Both the position numbers and the translations under genes were made by a program. The notes beneath the pieces are model-generated. The model searched no databases. It was not told the origin of the DNA and saw nothing but the letters and a program-made list of their open reading frames with translations. Of a DNA stretch of 64,000 bases, positions 55,701 to 64,000 are shown in pieces. Location of the stretch: the NCBI GenBank assembly GCA_051439545.1, contig JBFRWK010000058.1, positions 31,126 to 95,125 of the forward strand, given 5' to 3'. How positions within the stretch are numbered: position 1 is the stretch's first letter; each line of letters opens with the position of its first letter. Source of the DNA: Xenococcaceae cyanobacterium. GTDB lineage: Bacteria; Cyanobacteriota; Cyanobacteriia; Cyanobacteriales; Xenococcaceae.

Positions 55701-57830
55701 TTGGCTTGGATTAGTAAAAAATCATTATTGATATCTTTGTTGACTCCCTCAATAGTTTATTTAGTTATGTTTGCTTTGGGGTGGTTGAGAACGGTAGAGT
55801 ACGACTTTTATGATTTTTATCTGAAATTACGCTCTATTCAACCCCCCGATTCTCGGATTGTAATTGTGGGAATAACAGAACAAGATTTAAGAGAACTCAA
55901 TCAAAGTACTCTAGATGATGGTACTCTAGTTGAATTAATTGAGAAAATTAAAACTCAAAATCCTAGAGTCATTGGGCTAGATCTGCATCGCAACTTACCA
56001 GTCTGTTACGATATCAAGACTTGCGATCGCGATCGTGCCAAACTAGCTACTCTATTTCGGAATACTCCCAATCTAATCGGCATAGAGACAACCTCAATAG
56101 TCAGCAAACCCGAACAAGCAATCTTAGCTCATCCAGAATTGGCTAAAGCCCAAAGAATTGGTGCTAGTGAACTTATTGAAGATAAAGATCGTCTAGTACG
56201 GCGCAGCTATTTTTATTTTAGGAAACCCAACCAAGAAAACATCTTTAGTTTTGGTGCAGCAGTCGCTCTAAAATATCTAGAAGCAGAAGATATTAAGCTT
56301 GTGGTTGAGGGTCAATCGTTAAAATTAAATAATACTGTTTTCCCTAAAATTCCCGATAAACTAAAGTTTTATCCGTCTCAAGAAATTGATGGCTATCAAA
56401 TTTTACTTAACTATCATACTCGAAATCATCCTTTTGAGTTTTTATCTATCTGTAAAATACTTGATGGTGAGTTTTCTGCTGATGATTTACGAGATAAAAT
56501 TGTTTTAATTGGTGCAGCTTATGAACTAAGTAAAGATATTTGGTATCTTCCCAATTCTAACTCTGAGGAAAATTCGCAAAAGTTTACTTATGGCGTAGAA
56601 GTCCATGCACAGCTAATTAGTTCGATCCTTGATGCTGCTTTTCAAGAAAGAATTGTTTTAAAATTTATGCCTGGGCTATGGGAAAATGCGATCGTAATTT
56701 TGTTATTACTCGAACCTGGGTTGTTTATTTACTGGTTAATTAAAACAACAAAGAAAGATCTAGATTTATTTAATCTAACCGTAGTCCAGCTATTGCTTAT
56801 TTTAGGGGGTGGTTGGGTAAGTATAATTTTAGGTTATTGGCTACCTGTCGCGAATTTTATTTTTATTACCTTAGTTAACGCAACTATTATCAGTATTTTA
56901 ATTTATCAAAATAGACATGAAGAAGAAAAGTTAAGATTAGAAAAACAAGTCGATCGCCAAACTAAAGAATTACAAAAAGCTTTAGCCGATTTAAAAAAAA
57001 TTACCAGAGAAGCAGTCAAACAAGAAAAATCAGCTTTTTTTCTGGCAAGTACTGCTTTTTTAGACCATGAAATCAAGAATCCTTTAGGTTTAATTTTAGT
57101 TTCTAGCGATGCAGTAACGGCTCAAGCTTATTCTTTAGTTGAATCTTTAGAACAAAATAATGGTGATGGACAAAACCTACTTGTTGATGAAGAAACTAAA
57201 GAAGTAGTTGCCGAAATAATTTCTAATAATGCAAGTATTCGCGAACAAGCTAAGAGAATACAAGATTTAATCCAATTAATCGATACTCAAAGCTATCAAA
57301 AACAAGAAAATCTCTCTCTACATAATATTGATGATTTCCTCGATCGAGTTTGGGAGGTTTCTTGGTACACCTTCAATAAAAAAACGGATTCTCAGCTAAA
57401 AGTCGAAATAATCTGGGAAAAATCTAATAGTTCAGAAAAAATAAACATCTATCCTAAGAGTTTACATATAGCCTTAAACAATATTTTGGAAAATGGTTTA
57501 TATAGTTTAGCTCAAAAAAGTCAAAAAACTAATACTTTAAGTCTCTTTAAGCCAAGGATTAAAATTAAGAGTCACAAAACCAATAAGTATTGGTCGATCG
57601 TCATAGAAGATAATGGAGAAGGTATTAAACCCGAAAATCAACAAAAAATTTTCCAAGAATTTTATTCGACTAAAGAAAAAAGCTTGGGATTGGGATTATT
57701 TATTACCAAACAAATCATCGAAACCCAACATCATGGTTCTATTAACTTAGAAAGTCGCTTGGGAATTTTCACGAGATTTACGATTAAAATACCGACTGTA
57801 CTCGAAAAAAATAACGCTCGATACTCCTGA
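55701..57830 (+). CDS. CHASE2-domain sensor histidine kinase
   Basis: N-terminal TM helix. Extracytoplasmic 'IVIVGITEQDL..VIGLDL' (CHASE2), three TM helices, coiled coil. H-box-like 'FLDHEIKNPLGLI' and G-box 'LGLGLFITKQIIE'. TTG start. Confidence 0.75.
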   Translation: MAWISKKSLLISLLTPSIVYLVMFALGWLRTVEYDFYDFYLKLRSIQPPDSRIVIVGITEQDLRELNQSTLDDGTLVELIEKIKTQNPRVIGLDLHRNLPVCYDIKTCDRDRAKLATLFRNTPNLIGIETTSIVSKPEQAILAHPELAKAQRIGASELIEDKDRLVRRSYFYFRKPNQENIFSFGAAVALKYLEAEDIKLVVEGQSLKLNNTVFPKIPDKLKFYPSQEIDGYQILLNYHTRNHPFEFLSICKILDGEFSADDLRDKIVLIGAAYELSKDIWYLPNSNSEENSQKFTYGVEVHAQLISSILDAAFQERIVLKFMPGLWENAIVILLLLEPGLFIYWLIKTTKKDLDLFNLTVVQLLLILGGGWVSIILGYWLPVANFIFITLVNATIISILIYQNRHEEEKLRLEKQVDRQTKELQKALADLKKITREAVKQEKSAFFLASTAFLDHEIKNPLGLILVSSDAVTAQAYSLVESLEQNNGDGQNLLVDEETKEVVAEIISNNASIREQAKRIQDLIQLIDTQSYQKQENLSLHNIDDFLDRVWEVSWYTFNKKTDSQLKVEIIWEKSNSSEKINIYPKSLHIALNNILENGLYSLAQKSQKTNTLSLFKPRIKIKSHKTNKYWSIVIEDNGEGIKPENQQKIFQEFYSTKEKSLGLGLFITKQIIETQHHGSINLESRLGIFTRFTIKIPTVLEKNNARYS

Positions 57831-57853
57831 CCTTACTTATAAATAGCTCTTTT

Positions 57854-58252
57854 TTATTTACTACTTCTAAAATTTTCTTGCCAGACTTGTTTAATAAAGC
57901 GATTGAGATATTCTCTAGCTACTTGTTGCTTTTTAGGCGATAAATCTAAATTATTTAGCTGACTAATTAAAGGAATAATTTCTGTATCTAGAGCAGGGCG
58001 GAAAAAACCAATGGGAAGAAGTAAATCCGAGCTTTCTCGCAAATCTACGATCTGCTCCCTTGTAATTACATCTACATCTAATCTCGGATTAGGATCGTTA
58101 AACTTAACCAACAATAATGGTCTAGCCCAACAAGATTGTCTTTCGACAACAACTTGAATCACCTCACTATACAAAAAAGCTTTTCGAGCTTCAATACAAA
58201 CGATTTGGTGAGATGTAAACCGAGCAGAATCTTGACTAGACTGTTTTTTCAT
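57854..58252 (-). CDS. hypothetical protein downstream of the RNase gene
   Basis: 132-aa ORF, 28 nt after the RNase II/R stop on the same strand. No motif recognised. Confidence 0.45.
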   Translation of the reverse strand: MKKQSSQDSARFTSHQIVCIEARKAFLYSEVIQVVVERQSCWARPLLLVKFNDPNPRLDVDVITREQIVDLRESSDLLLPIGFFRPALDTEIIPLISQLNNLDLSPKKQQVAREYLNRFIKQVWQENFRSSK

Positions 58253-58280
58253 TTATTTAATAATTAATCATGATTAATTA

Positions 58281-60299
58281 TTAACTAGCTGTTGGTTGAA
58301 TTACGGTAGAATTAATTTCCCGAAAACGAACTTCATCTCGATGGGGATCGGCGCGAGTTACTTGCACTTCTAAGCGATCGCCCAAAGCTACAGAGCGTTC
58401 AAAACGATGAGGTAATTCTAACCCTAATTCTTCCAATAAAATCAAACCTAAGTTATCATCTTCTCTTAACCAGCGCAGTACTAAAACCTGCCAACTGCGA
58501 TCGGCATTACGACGTAAATATTCTAATCCCCAATAACGATTGGTTTGACGCTCTACTAAAGTTGCCTCGTAAGCAGATGTAGTTACACTAAAAAGTATTT
58601 CTTGTAATTCTTCGAGAGAAAAAGGCAAGGGATCGCCTCGAAGATGGGCTTTAATTTGAAAATGAGCTAGTAAATCTGTATAACGGCGAATTGGGGAAGT
58701 AACCTGAATGTAACTATCTAATCCCAAGCTGGCATGGCGGACAGGAGTAGTACCCATCTCACTGCGGGGCATACAGCGACGTAAAGCACAGAAACGCACT
58801 GGCCCTGCGGGTAATTGGGACAGTTCTTCTTTAGGGGGTAATTCTGGTTGAGGCTGTCCTCTAAAGGGTAGGGGTAAAGTATGTTCTTTCCCATAACTGC
58901 CTGCTACTTCTCCTGCTAGGATCATCATTTCTGCTACTAGCTGACGGGATTGAGATATATCGAGTAACTCAATTGTAATTTCTTCGTCATCTCTAACTTT
59001 AATCTGAGATTCTGGCATTTGAATTTGAATCGAACCTTGAGCTTTGCGCCATTGTTTTCGCAGTTGAGCTTGTTTGGCTAGCTCGGCAATTTCTAGCTCT
59101 TTTTGTACTCCTAACTCTAGGATTTCATCAACATCTTCATAGGTGAGGCGATAGGTTGGCTTAATCAGAGTTGGATGAATACAGTATTCTTTAACCGATC
59201 CATTTTCTGCCAGGATGACACCAAAACTAAGGGCAGAACAAACTTGACCCTGAACCAAACTCATTAAGCCTGTTGCTAGCTCGTTAGGGAACATAGAAAT
59301 CATACCCGTCGGCAAATACATACTAGTACTGCGACGACGCGCTTCTAAATCTAGTGGATCTCCTGGAGTAACTAAACGGGTAGGATCGGCAATATGAATC
59401 CACAGCTTTGGCATTTGCCCTTCACCACGATATTCAATGCTCAAACCATCATCGATTTCTTCCGTACTTTCGTCATCAATGGTGTAAACTTTTAGATGAG
59501 TTAAATCGAGACGTTGAGAATCGGGGTCTTTAGGGGGAGATTGTCGGCAAGTTTGCGCCACTTCAAGTACCTTTTTAGGAAAGTTGACAGGGTAAGAACT
59601 ACGAAGTAAAAACAGATTTTCATGTTTACTCCACCATCCTATCTCTACTAGTAAGTTAAAAGCAGCATTATAATCTGCTTTGCGCCCTGCTAGGGCTAAA
59701 ATTTCTTCAGCAGAGCGAGAATAAACCTCTGGTTCGAGTGCTGCCTTTTCCAATATTTCTAGGCGAGAGCGATCGCTATCTGTCCATTGTACGGGTTCTC
59801 CTGCTAATGCTTGTTGAAGATGAGCGACAAATTCTGTTTTTTCCCGATTTTTTTGGGCTTCTATTTCTAGTTGATGCTTAATTTCTGCTACCTGACTAGT
59901 CGATCGAGGCTCGTAAGCATCTCCTTTTTTCTTGAAGTAAACTTTATCTTGACATAAAAGGCTATGAGCAGCGTAGCACAAAGCTGGACTTTCTTCTGAA
60001 AATAACAGTTCTGCCATTTGTTGCGGAGTAACTGTTTCTCCTTCTTCTACTAGAATTTCCCAGGCTATTTCTAAATTACTGGGATCTAGATAGGGTTCTA
60101 CTTTTTGCCTAAAGTCGGGGATATCTTCAGGTTTATAAGCATCACCAGTTACTGTATAGTCCACTCGCTGAGGACGAATTTTGTGAGATTGTCCGTTTTC
60201 ATCTATCACTAGCCAATCTCTTTTGCCTTCTGGACGTTCCGCTACTGCAAGACGACGTTCTCCCTGTAGTCTGAATTCAATCAGCGTTCCTTTTTCCAC
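58281..60299 (-). CDS. RNase II/R-family 3'-5' exoribonuclease (RNB domain + C-terminal S1-like domain)
   Basis: 'YTIDDESTEEIDDGLS', 'IHIADPT', 'SPIRRYTDLLAHFQI'. GTG start. Confidence 0.85.
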   Translation of the reverse strand: MEKGTLIEFRLQGERRLAVAERPEGKRDWLVIDENGQSHKIRPQRVDYTVTGDAYKPEDIPDFRQKVEPYLDPSNLEIAWEILVEEGETVTPQQMAELLFSEESPALCYAAHSLLCQDKVYFKKKGDAYEPRSTSQVAEIKHQLEIEAQKNREKTEFVAHLQQALAGEPVQWTDSDRSRLEILEKAALEPEVYSRSAEEILALAGRKADYNAAFNLLVEIGWWSKHENLFLLRSSYPVNFPKKVLEVAQTCRQSPPKDPDSQRLDLTHLKVYTIDDESTEEIDDGLSIEYRGEGQMPKLWIHIADPTRLVTPGDPLDLEARRRSTSMYLPTGMISMFPNELATGLMSLVQGQVCSALSFGVILAENGSVKEYCIHPTLIKPTYRLTYEDVDEILELGVQKELEIAELAKQAQLRKQWRKAQGSIQIQMPESQIKVRDDEEITIELLDISQSRQLVAEMMILAGEVAGSYGKEHTLPLPFRGQPQPELPPKEELSQLPAGPVRFCALRRCMPRSEMGTTPVRHASLGLDSYIQVTSPIRRYTDLLAHFQIKAHLRGDPLPFSLEELQEILFSVTTSAYEATLVERQTNRYWGLEYLRRNADRSWQVLVLRWLREDDNLGLILLEELGLELPHRFERSVALGDRLEVQVTRADPHRDEVRFREINSTVIQPTAS

Positions 60300-60522
60300 C
60301 AGCTTTGTGCTTCTACACTTAACAACTTAATTTTCAGTCTACCTTGCGCCTCATCAATTTGCTTAGATTAAAATTAACTCAAGTTGTCGCGATCGAGTTG
60401 GCAATAGCGAAATTTAGGTCTAAAAAGAGGTTATTTACGCTAAAAAAGCAAAATGGCTCGGTTTGGCGACAAGATATTTAATTACTCGATCTGACTCCTA
60501 ATGTTTGCACTACCCGAGATAA

Positions 60523-60738
60523 TTACCCTTCTTTATTAATAAATGGTAATAAAGCTAATATCCGTGCCTGTTTGACGGCTTCAGTTAAATCTCTTTGCTG
60601 TTGTGCTGTTAATCCTGTAATCCGCCGAGGGAGAATTTTACCTCGTTCGGTAATAAATTTGCGTAATAATTCTACATCTTTGTAGTCGATAGGATCGCTT
60701 GGTTTAATAGGAGAGAGACGTTTGCGGTAATATGCCAT
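60523..60738 (-). CDS. rpsR: 30S ribosomal protein S18
   Basis: '[43 protein letters not shown]'. Confidence 0.95.
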   Translation of the reverse strand: MAYYRKRLSPIKPSDPIDYKDVELLRKFITERGKILPRRITGLTAQQQRDLTEAVKQARILALLPFINKEG

Positions 60739-60834
60739 GATTTTTCTGGAGTAAAATATTTATTTTCTTTAAATTATTCAATATTTACTTACTTTCAAAA
60801 AAGGTAAATATTTTTGATTTTAAGGGAACAAAGA

Positions 60835-61029
60835 TTATTTGATTTCTTTATGTATTGTGTGTGTATTGCAGTGAGTACAGAACTTTTTAAGCTCTAATCT
60901 CCCTGTCGTGTTACGGCGGTTTTTGCTGGTGGTATAGCGAGATACACCAGGCGATCGCTTGTTATTATTACTGCGACATTCGGTGCATTCTAAAGTAATA
61001 ATTATTCGGACACCTTTTTTACTTGCCAT
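60835..61029 (-). CDS. rpmG: 50S ribosomal protein L33
   Basis: '[53 protein letters not shown]'. Confidence 0.95.
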   Translation of the reverse strand: MASKKGVRIIITLECTECRSNNNKRSPGVSRYTTSKNRRNTTGRLELKKFCTHCNTHTIHKEIK

Positions 61030-61078
61030 ATTTTTAATTCAGACTACTGTACTAGTTACTTATATTGAGACACGCAAA

Positions 61079-61609
61079 TTAATATTTTTGCATATTTTTC
61101 TTCAATTCCGCAAATATTTTTTTTAATCTTAAGTCAAGAGAAAAGCCTCTTTGAGTTGGTACTATTACTGTATCGGTAAAGCGATCGTGCAGAGCTTGAT
61201 TAAAATCTCCATCAACTAAAGCTGCTAGGCAGTCTACTAGCAAAGGAACATTGAGCAGTAGTATGTACAATAACCCTTTAACTATGCCTTGAAATCCATA
61301 CATTGCTAACATAGCAGCAAAGCCAACAATACTTTCCCTTTTGATTAGAGTCATTAATTCGGGCATTCTTTCGTAACGAAAGTCAATTACTCGCATATTC
61401 AACGCCCATCTGCCTAAGCTTTGTCCTTGGTTTTTGTCTACTAGCACTACCCGCATACCCAACCATGCCAGCAAAAAGATTAGCCACTGAAAAGCACCAA
61501 AAAAAGAACTGAGTAACCAAACAGCTATAAAATCAATTAAAAATGCTCCTATTCTGCGCTCAAATGCTAGTTTAGGAAAGTCGCCATTTCCTGAATTATC
61601 TTGGTACAT
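61079..61609 (-). CDS. RDD-family membrane protein
   Basis: 'FERRIGAFLIDFIAVWLL' and three TM helices. Confidence 0.6.
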   Translation of the reverse strand: MYQDNSGNGDFPKLAFERRIGAFLIDFIAVWLLSSFFGAFQWLIFLLAWLGMRVVLVDKNQGQSLGRWALNMRVIDFRYERMPELMTLIKRESIVGFAAMLAMYGFQGIVKGLLYILLLNVPLLVDCLAALVDGDFNQALHDRFTDTVIVPTQRGFSLDLRLKKIFAELKKNMQKY

Positions 61610-61734
61610 TCTTTTTTATATATCATTCAAAATATACTATTACCTTAAAGTTTAGCTCTGACTTTAGAAGTCAAGAGGAAGTTTATATAGAACTTTCCTA
61701 CAGAAGTTGTTCAATTAATTTAACCTAGTTACTT

Positions 61735-62979
61735 ATGTTGCCAGTTAAAGATGCCGAATCGATTATTCTCTCTCTAGTCGAGTCGATCGATTTACCAGAC
61801 AAGACAGAAACAGTAAATTTGGATGCTGCGGTTGGACGTATTTTGGCAGCACCAGTTACTAGCAAACTAGATTTTCCTTACTGGGATAATTCGGCGATGG
61901 ATGGTTATGCTGTCCGTTACGAAGATGTCCGAGAATGTAACCAGGATCGACCTATCACTTTAGAAATAGTAGAAGAAATTCCTGCGGGTTATTGCCCTAA
62001 ATTGACCATAGGAACGGGACAAACAGCCCGAATCTTCACTGGGGCAATGATGCCAACAGGGGCAGATACTATTATTATTCAGGAAAATACTCAAAGAGAA
62101 GGCGATCGAGTAAAAATTTTTACTTCTCCCAAATTTCAAGAATTTGTCAGACATAAAGCCTCATTCTATCAAGCGGGGACTCCGATGTTGCGCTCGGGTA
62201 TTCAACTTGGTGCAGCGGAAATAGCCATAATTGCTACGGCACAATGTACGGAATTAACTGTCTATCGTTGTCCTAGAGTAGCGATTTTATCTACGGGAGA
62301 TGAGCTAGTTTCCCCTGAAACCCCGCTTCAACCAGGACAAATTGTTGATTCTAATCAATATGCTTTAGCTAGTGCAGTCAGGCAAAATGGAGCGATTCCC
62401 ATTAAGTTGGGTATTATCCCCGATCGACCAGAAGAGTTAAAAAAAGCGATCGCTCGGGCTATAGATGCAGCGGATCTAGTTTTATCTACAGGGGGGGTAT
62501 CTGTCGGGGATTATGATTATGTCGATCGCCTTTTAGAAGAGTTAGGGGGCAAAATCCATATTCGTAGTGTAGCAGTTAAACCAGGCAAACCACTTACTGT
62601 AGCTACCTTTGCTAATTCTTGTCTTTACTTTGGTATACCTGGTAATCCCGTGTCTGCTTTGGTTAGTTTTTGGCGTTTTGTCTTACCAGCCCTCAAAAAA
62701 CTATCAGGATTAAGCAATAATTGGCAACCAGCCTTTGTTAAAGCGATTACTCGCCAAGATCTACGTGCTAGTGGAAAACGCGAAACCTATCTTTGGGGAA
62801 AACTACATATTATTGATGGTAGTTATGAATTTGCCTTATCTGGGGGTAGTCATAGTTCTGGTAATTTAATCAATTTAGGAGAAACTAATGGTCTTGCCAT
62901 AGTACCTATGGGAGAAAATTTAATTACGGCGGGGACAAAAATAGATGTAATGCAAGTTGGTTTTCCCTTAGTTGATTAG
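61735..62979 (+). CDS. moeA: molybdopterin molybdenumtransferase
   Basis: 'NSAMDGYAV', 'TGAMMPTGADTII', 'STGDEL', 'TGGVSVGDYDY', 'GIPGNPVSA'. Confidence 0.9.
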   Translation: MLPVKDAESIILSLVESIDLPDKTETVNLDAAVGRILAAPVTSKLDFPYWDNSAMDGYAVRYEDVRECNQDRPITLEIVEEIPAGYCPKLTIGTGQTARIFTGAMMPTGADTIIIQENTQREGDRVKIFTSPKFQEFVRHKASFYQAGTPMLRSGIQLGAAEIAIIATAQCTELTVYRCPRVAILSTGDELVSPETPLQPGQIVDSNQYALASAVRQNGAIPIKLGIIPDRPEELKKAIARAIDAADLVLSTGGVSVGDYDYVDRLLEELGGKIHIRSVAVKPGKPLTVATFANSCLYFGIPGNPVSALVSFWRFVLPALKKLSGLSNNWQPAFVKAITRQDLRASGKRETYLWGKLHIIDGSYEFALSGGSHSSGNLINLGETNGLAIVPMGENLITAGTKIDVMQVGFPLVD

Positions 62980-63375
62980 AGTACCTTTAGTATCTTTCGA
63001 GCGTCTAGAATAAGGTGTTCGCCGTTGCCGATTCGCAAGCTCTTCGCGCTCCTGTTCTTCATGGTGTTGTCCCAAGTATTCTATATTAATCATAATTTTA
63101 GGGCCAGAACTAGCCAAACGCATAACCATTCCGTCTACTACCAGAGTTTTGGTAATTCGCTTACCATCAACATATGTACCATTAGCACCCAAGTTTACTA
63201 GTTCCCATTCATTTCCGGCTTTCCTAATTTCTACGTGATGACGAGAAACTACTGCACTGTATAAGACTACTTCATTACTTGTCGAACGACCGATACTAAT
63301 TTTAGATTCGTTTTTAAATGTCCAACTTTGAACGGGAACTGGTTGGAGGGGATGTAAGAGAGTTAAAGTAATCAC
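62968..63375 (-). CDS. FHA-domain protein
   Basis: 'ISIGRSTSNEVVLYSAVVSRHHVEI..LVNLGANGTYVDGKRI'. Confidence 0.8.
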   Translation of the reverse strand: MITLTLLHPLQPVPVQSWTFKNESKISIGRSTSNEVVLYSAVVSRHHVEIRKAGNEWELVNLGANGTYVDGKRITKTLVVDGMVMRLASSGPKIMINIEYLGQHHEEQEREELANRQRRTPYSRRSKDTKGTLIN

Positions 63376-63649
63376 CGATATATTGTCTTTATATTTTTAA
63401 AATTTATAAGAACGCTGCTAAATTCGTTCTCTGACTTTCTGGCTGCTTCTTCTAGATAGTATATTACTTACCCAAAAATATACATGAGATAAAAAGGGAA
63501 GGTAAAATCCTCTACTTTGACTTCTGTTTTGACTGATTATTTGACTAATTAAAATTTTAGGTAATTATATTTTAGTCAATAAATTTATTCTATGTAATTT
63601 AGGTAAACTTCATTAAATTTTAGCTTTCTTCGATCGAGTCGGTTGAGTT

Positions 63650-63973
63650 TTATCGCCATTGTTTATTTTCTAAGTCTCTAATTTGACGCTCCAGGCGATC
63701 GATCCGACCCCTCAATTCATCCATTTCTGACTGACGGGGAACGCCTAAATCTTGTAGCATATTTCTCATTTGTCGTTCCATCTGTTTTTGCCAGTTTCCT
63801 TGTTCTGAATTAATTTGATCGGTAAGTTCATCCATAAAAGCTTTTGCTTGTTCTGGATTGATCTTTCCTTCTTTAACCCATTCTTCGCTAACTTCTTTAA
63901 TTTTTTCAGCTACTAAAGAGGTTGTACCTACCCCTACCATCAATAGCTGTTTGAGCCAGTCCTTGCTTTCCAT
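63650..63973 (-). CDS. phasin-like small coiled-coil protein
   Basis: 'LLMVGVGTTSLVAEKIKEVSEEWVKEGKI' followed by a charged coiled coil. It resembles PHA-granule phasin-type proteins. Assignment is tentative. Confidence 0.45.
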   Translation of the reverse strand: MESKDWLKQLLMVGVGTTSLVAEKIKEVSEEWVKEGKINPEQAKAFMDELTDQINSEQGNWQKQMERQMRNMLQDLGVPRQSEMDELRGRIDRLERQIRDLENKQWR

Positions 63974-64000
63974 TCTCTTATTGCCTCGGTTAGATATCTT

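Noticed and set aside
61610-61734. Possible Moco riboswitch upstream of moeA
   Set aside because: I could not recognise the conserved Moco-motif helices or loops in this AT-rich 125-nt leader. A covariance-model scan would be needed to settle it.
1-64000. tRNA, rRNA or tmRNA genes
   Set aside because: Scanning the intergenic gaps, I found no T-loop/acceptor-type signatures (GGTTCGAATCC-like) and no rRNA-like conserved blocks.

Overview
This is a cyanobacterial chromosomal window. It is AT-rich and dense in the HIP1 octamer GCGATCGC. It carries a complete phycocyanin rod operon (cpcB-cpcA-cpcC-cpcC-cpcD) followed directly by pcyA. About 60 protein genes are supportable. Housekeeping genes include rpmG-rpsR-RNase II/R, moeA, dprA, the ArgZ/AgrE-type arginine dihydrolase, an aminotransferase and an AddA/RecB-like helicase-nuclease. 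There are many two-component proteins and several envelope or glycosylation genes. I recognised no rRNA, tRNA or CRISPR array.

Two stretches look accessory and decaying. The first (~19.9-25.9 kb) holds one intact orthocaspase-FGE gene, caspase/CHAT gene wrecks, orphan antitoxins and MITEs. The second (~31.4-35.3 kb) holds a MITE with expanded tandem arrays, an orphan antitoxin-like gene, and an eroded NACHT-HEAT STAND gene split by a frameshifted TnpB element.

Most interesting observations:
- The last 131 nt of the orthocaspase-FGE gene recur 317 nt downstream. All internal mismatches fall on adenines of the downstream copy, which is a DGR-like VR/TR signature, but no reverse transcriptase is in the window.
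- An operon combines a PDZ-bearing pseudo-HtrA, a PDZ-less active HtrA-like protease and a LuxR regulator whose receiver has Glu at the phospho-acceptor position.
- An exported CHAT-TPR / DUF928 / CHASE2-kinase triad.
- A MITE family caught in three states: a clean insertion with a 6-bp target duplication in a small ORF, a nested insertion with a 10-bp duplication, and a copy with 10x11-bp and 6x15-bp internal expansions.
- Unusual fusions: PlsY-like + PEP-utilising phosphotransferase, beta-sandwich + dual-specificity phosphatase, and REC-wHTH-HPt-pseudoREC-REC.

All functional calls come from motif recognition by eye. No database search was run.
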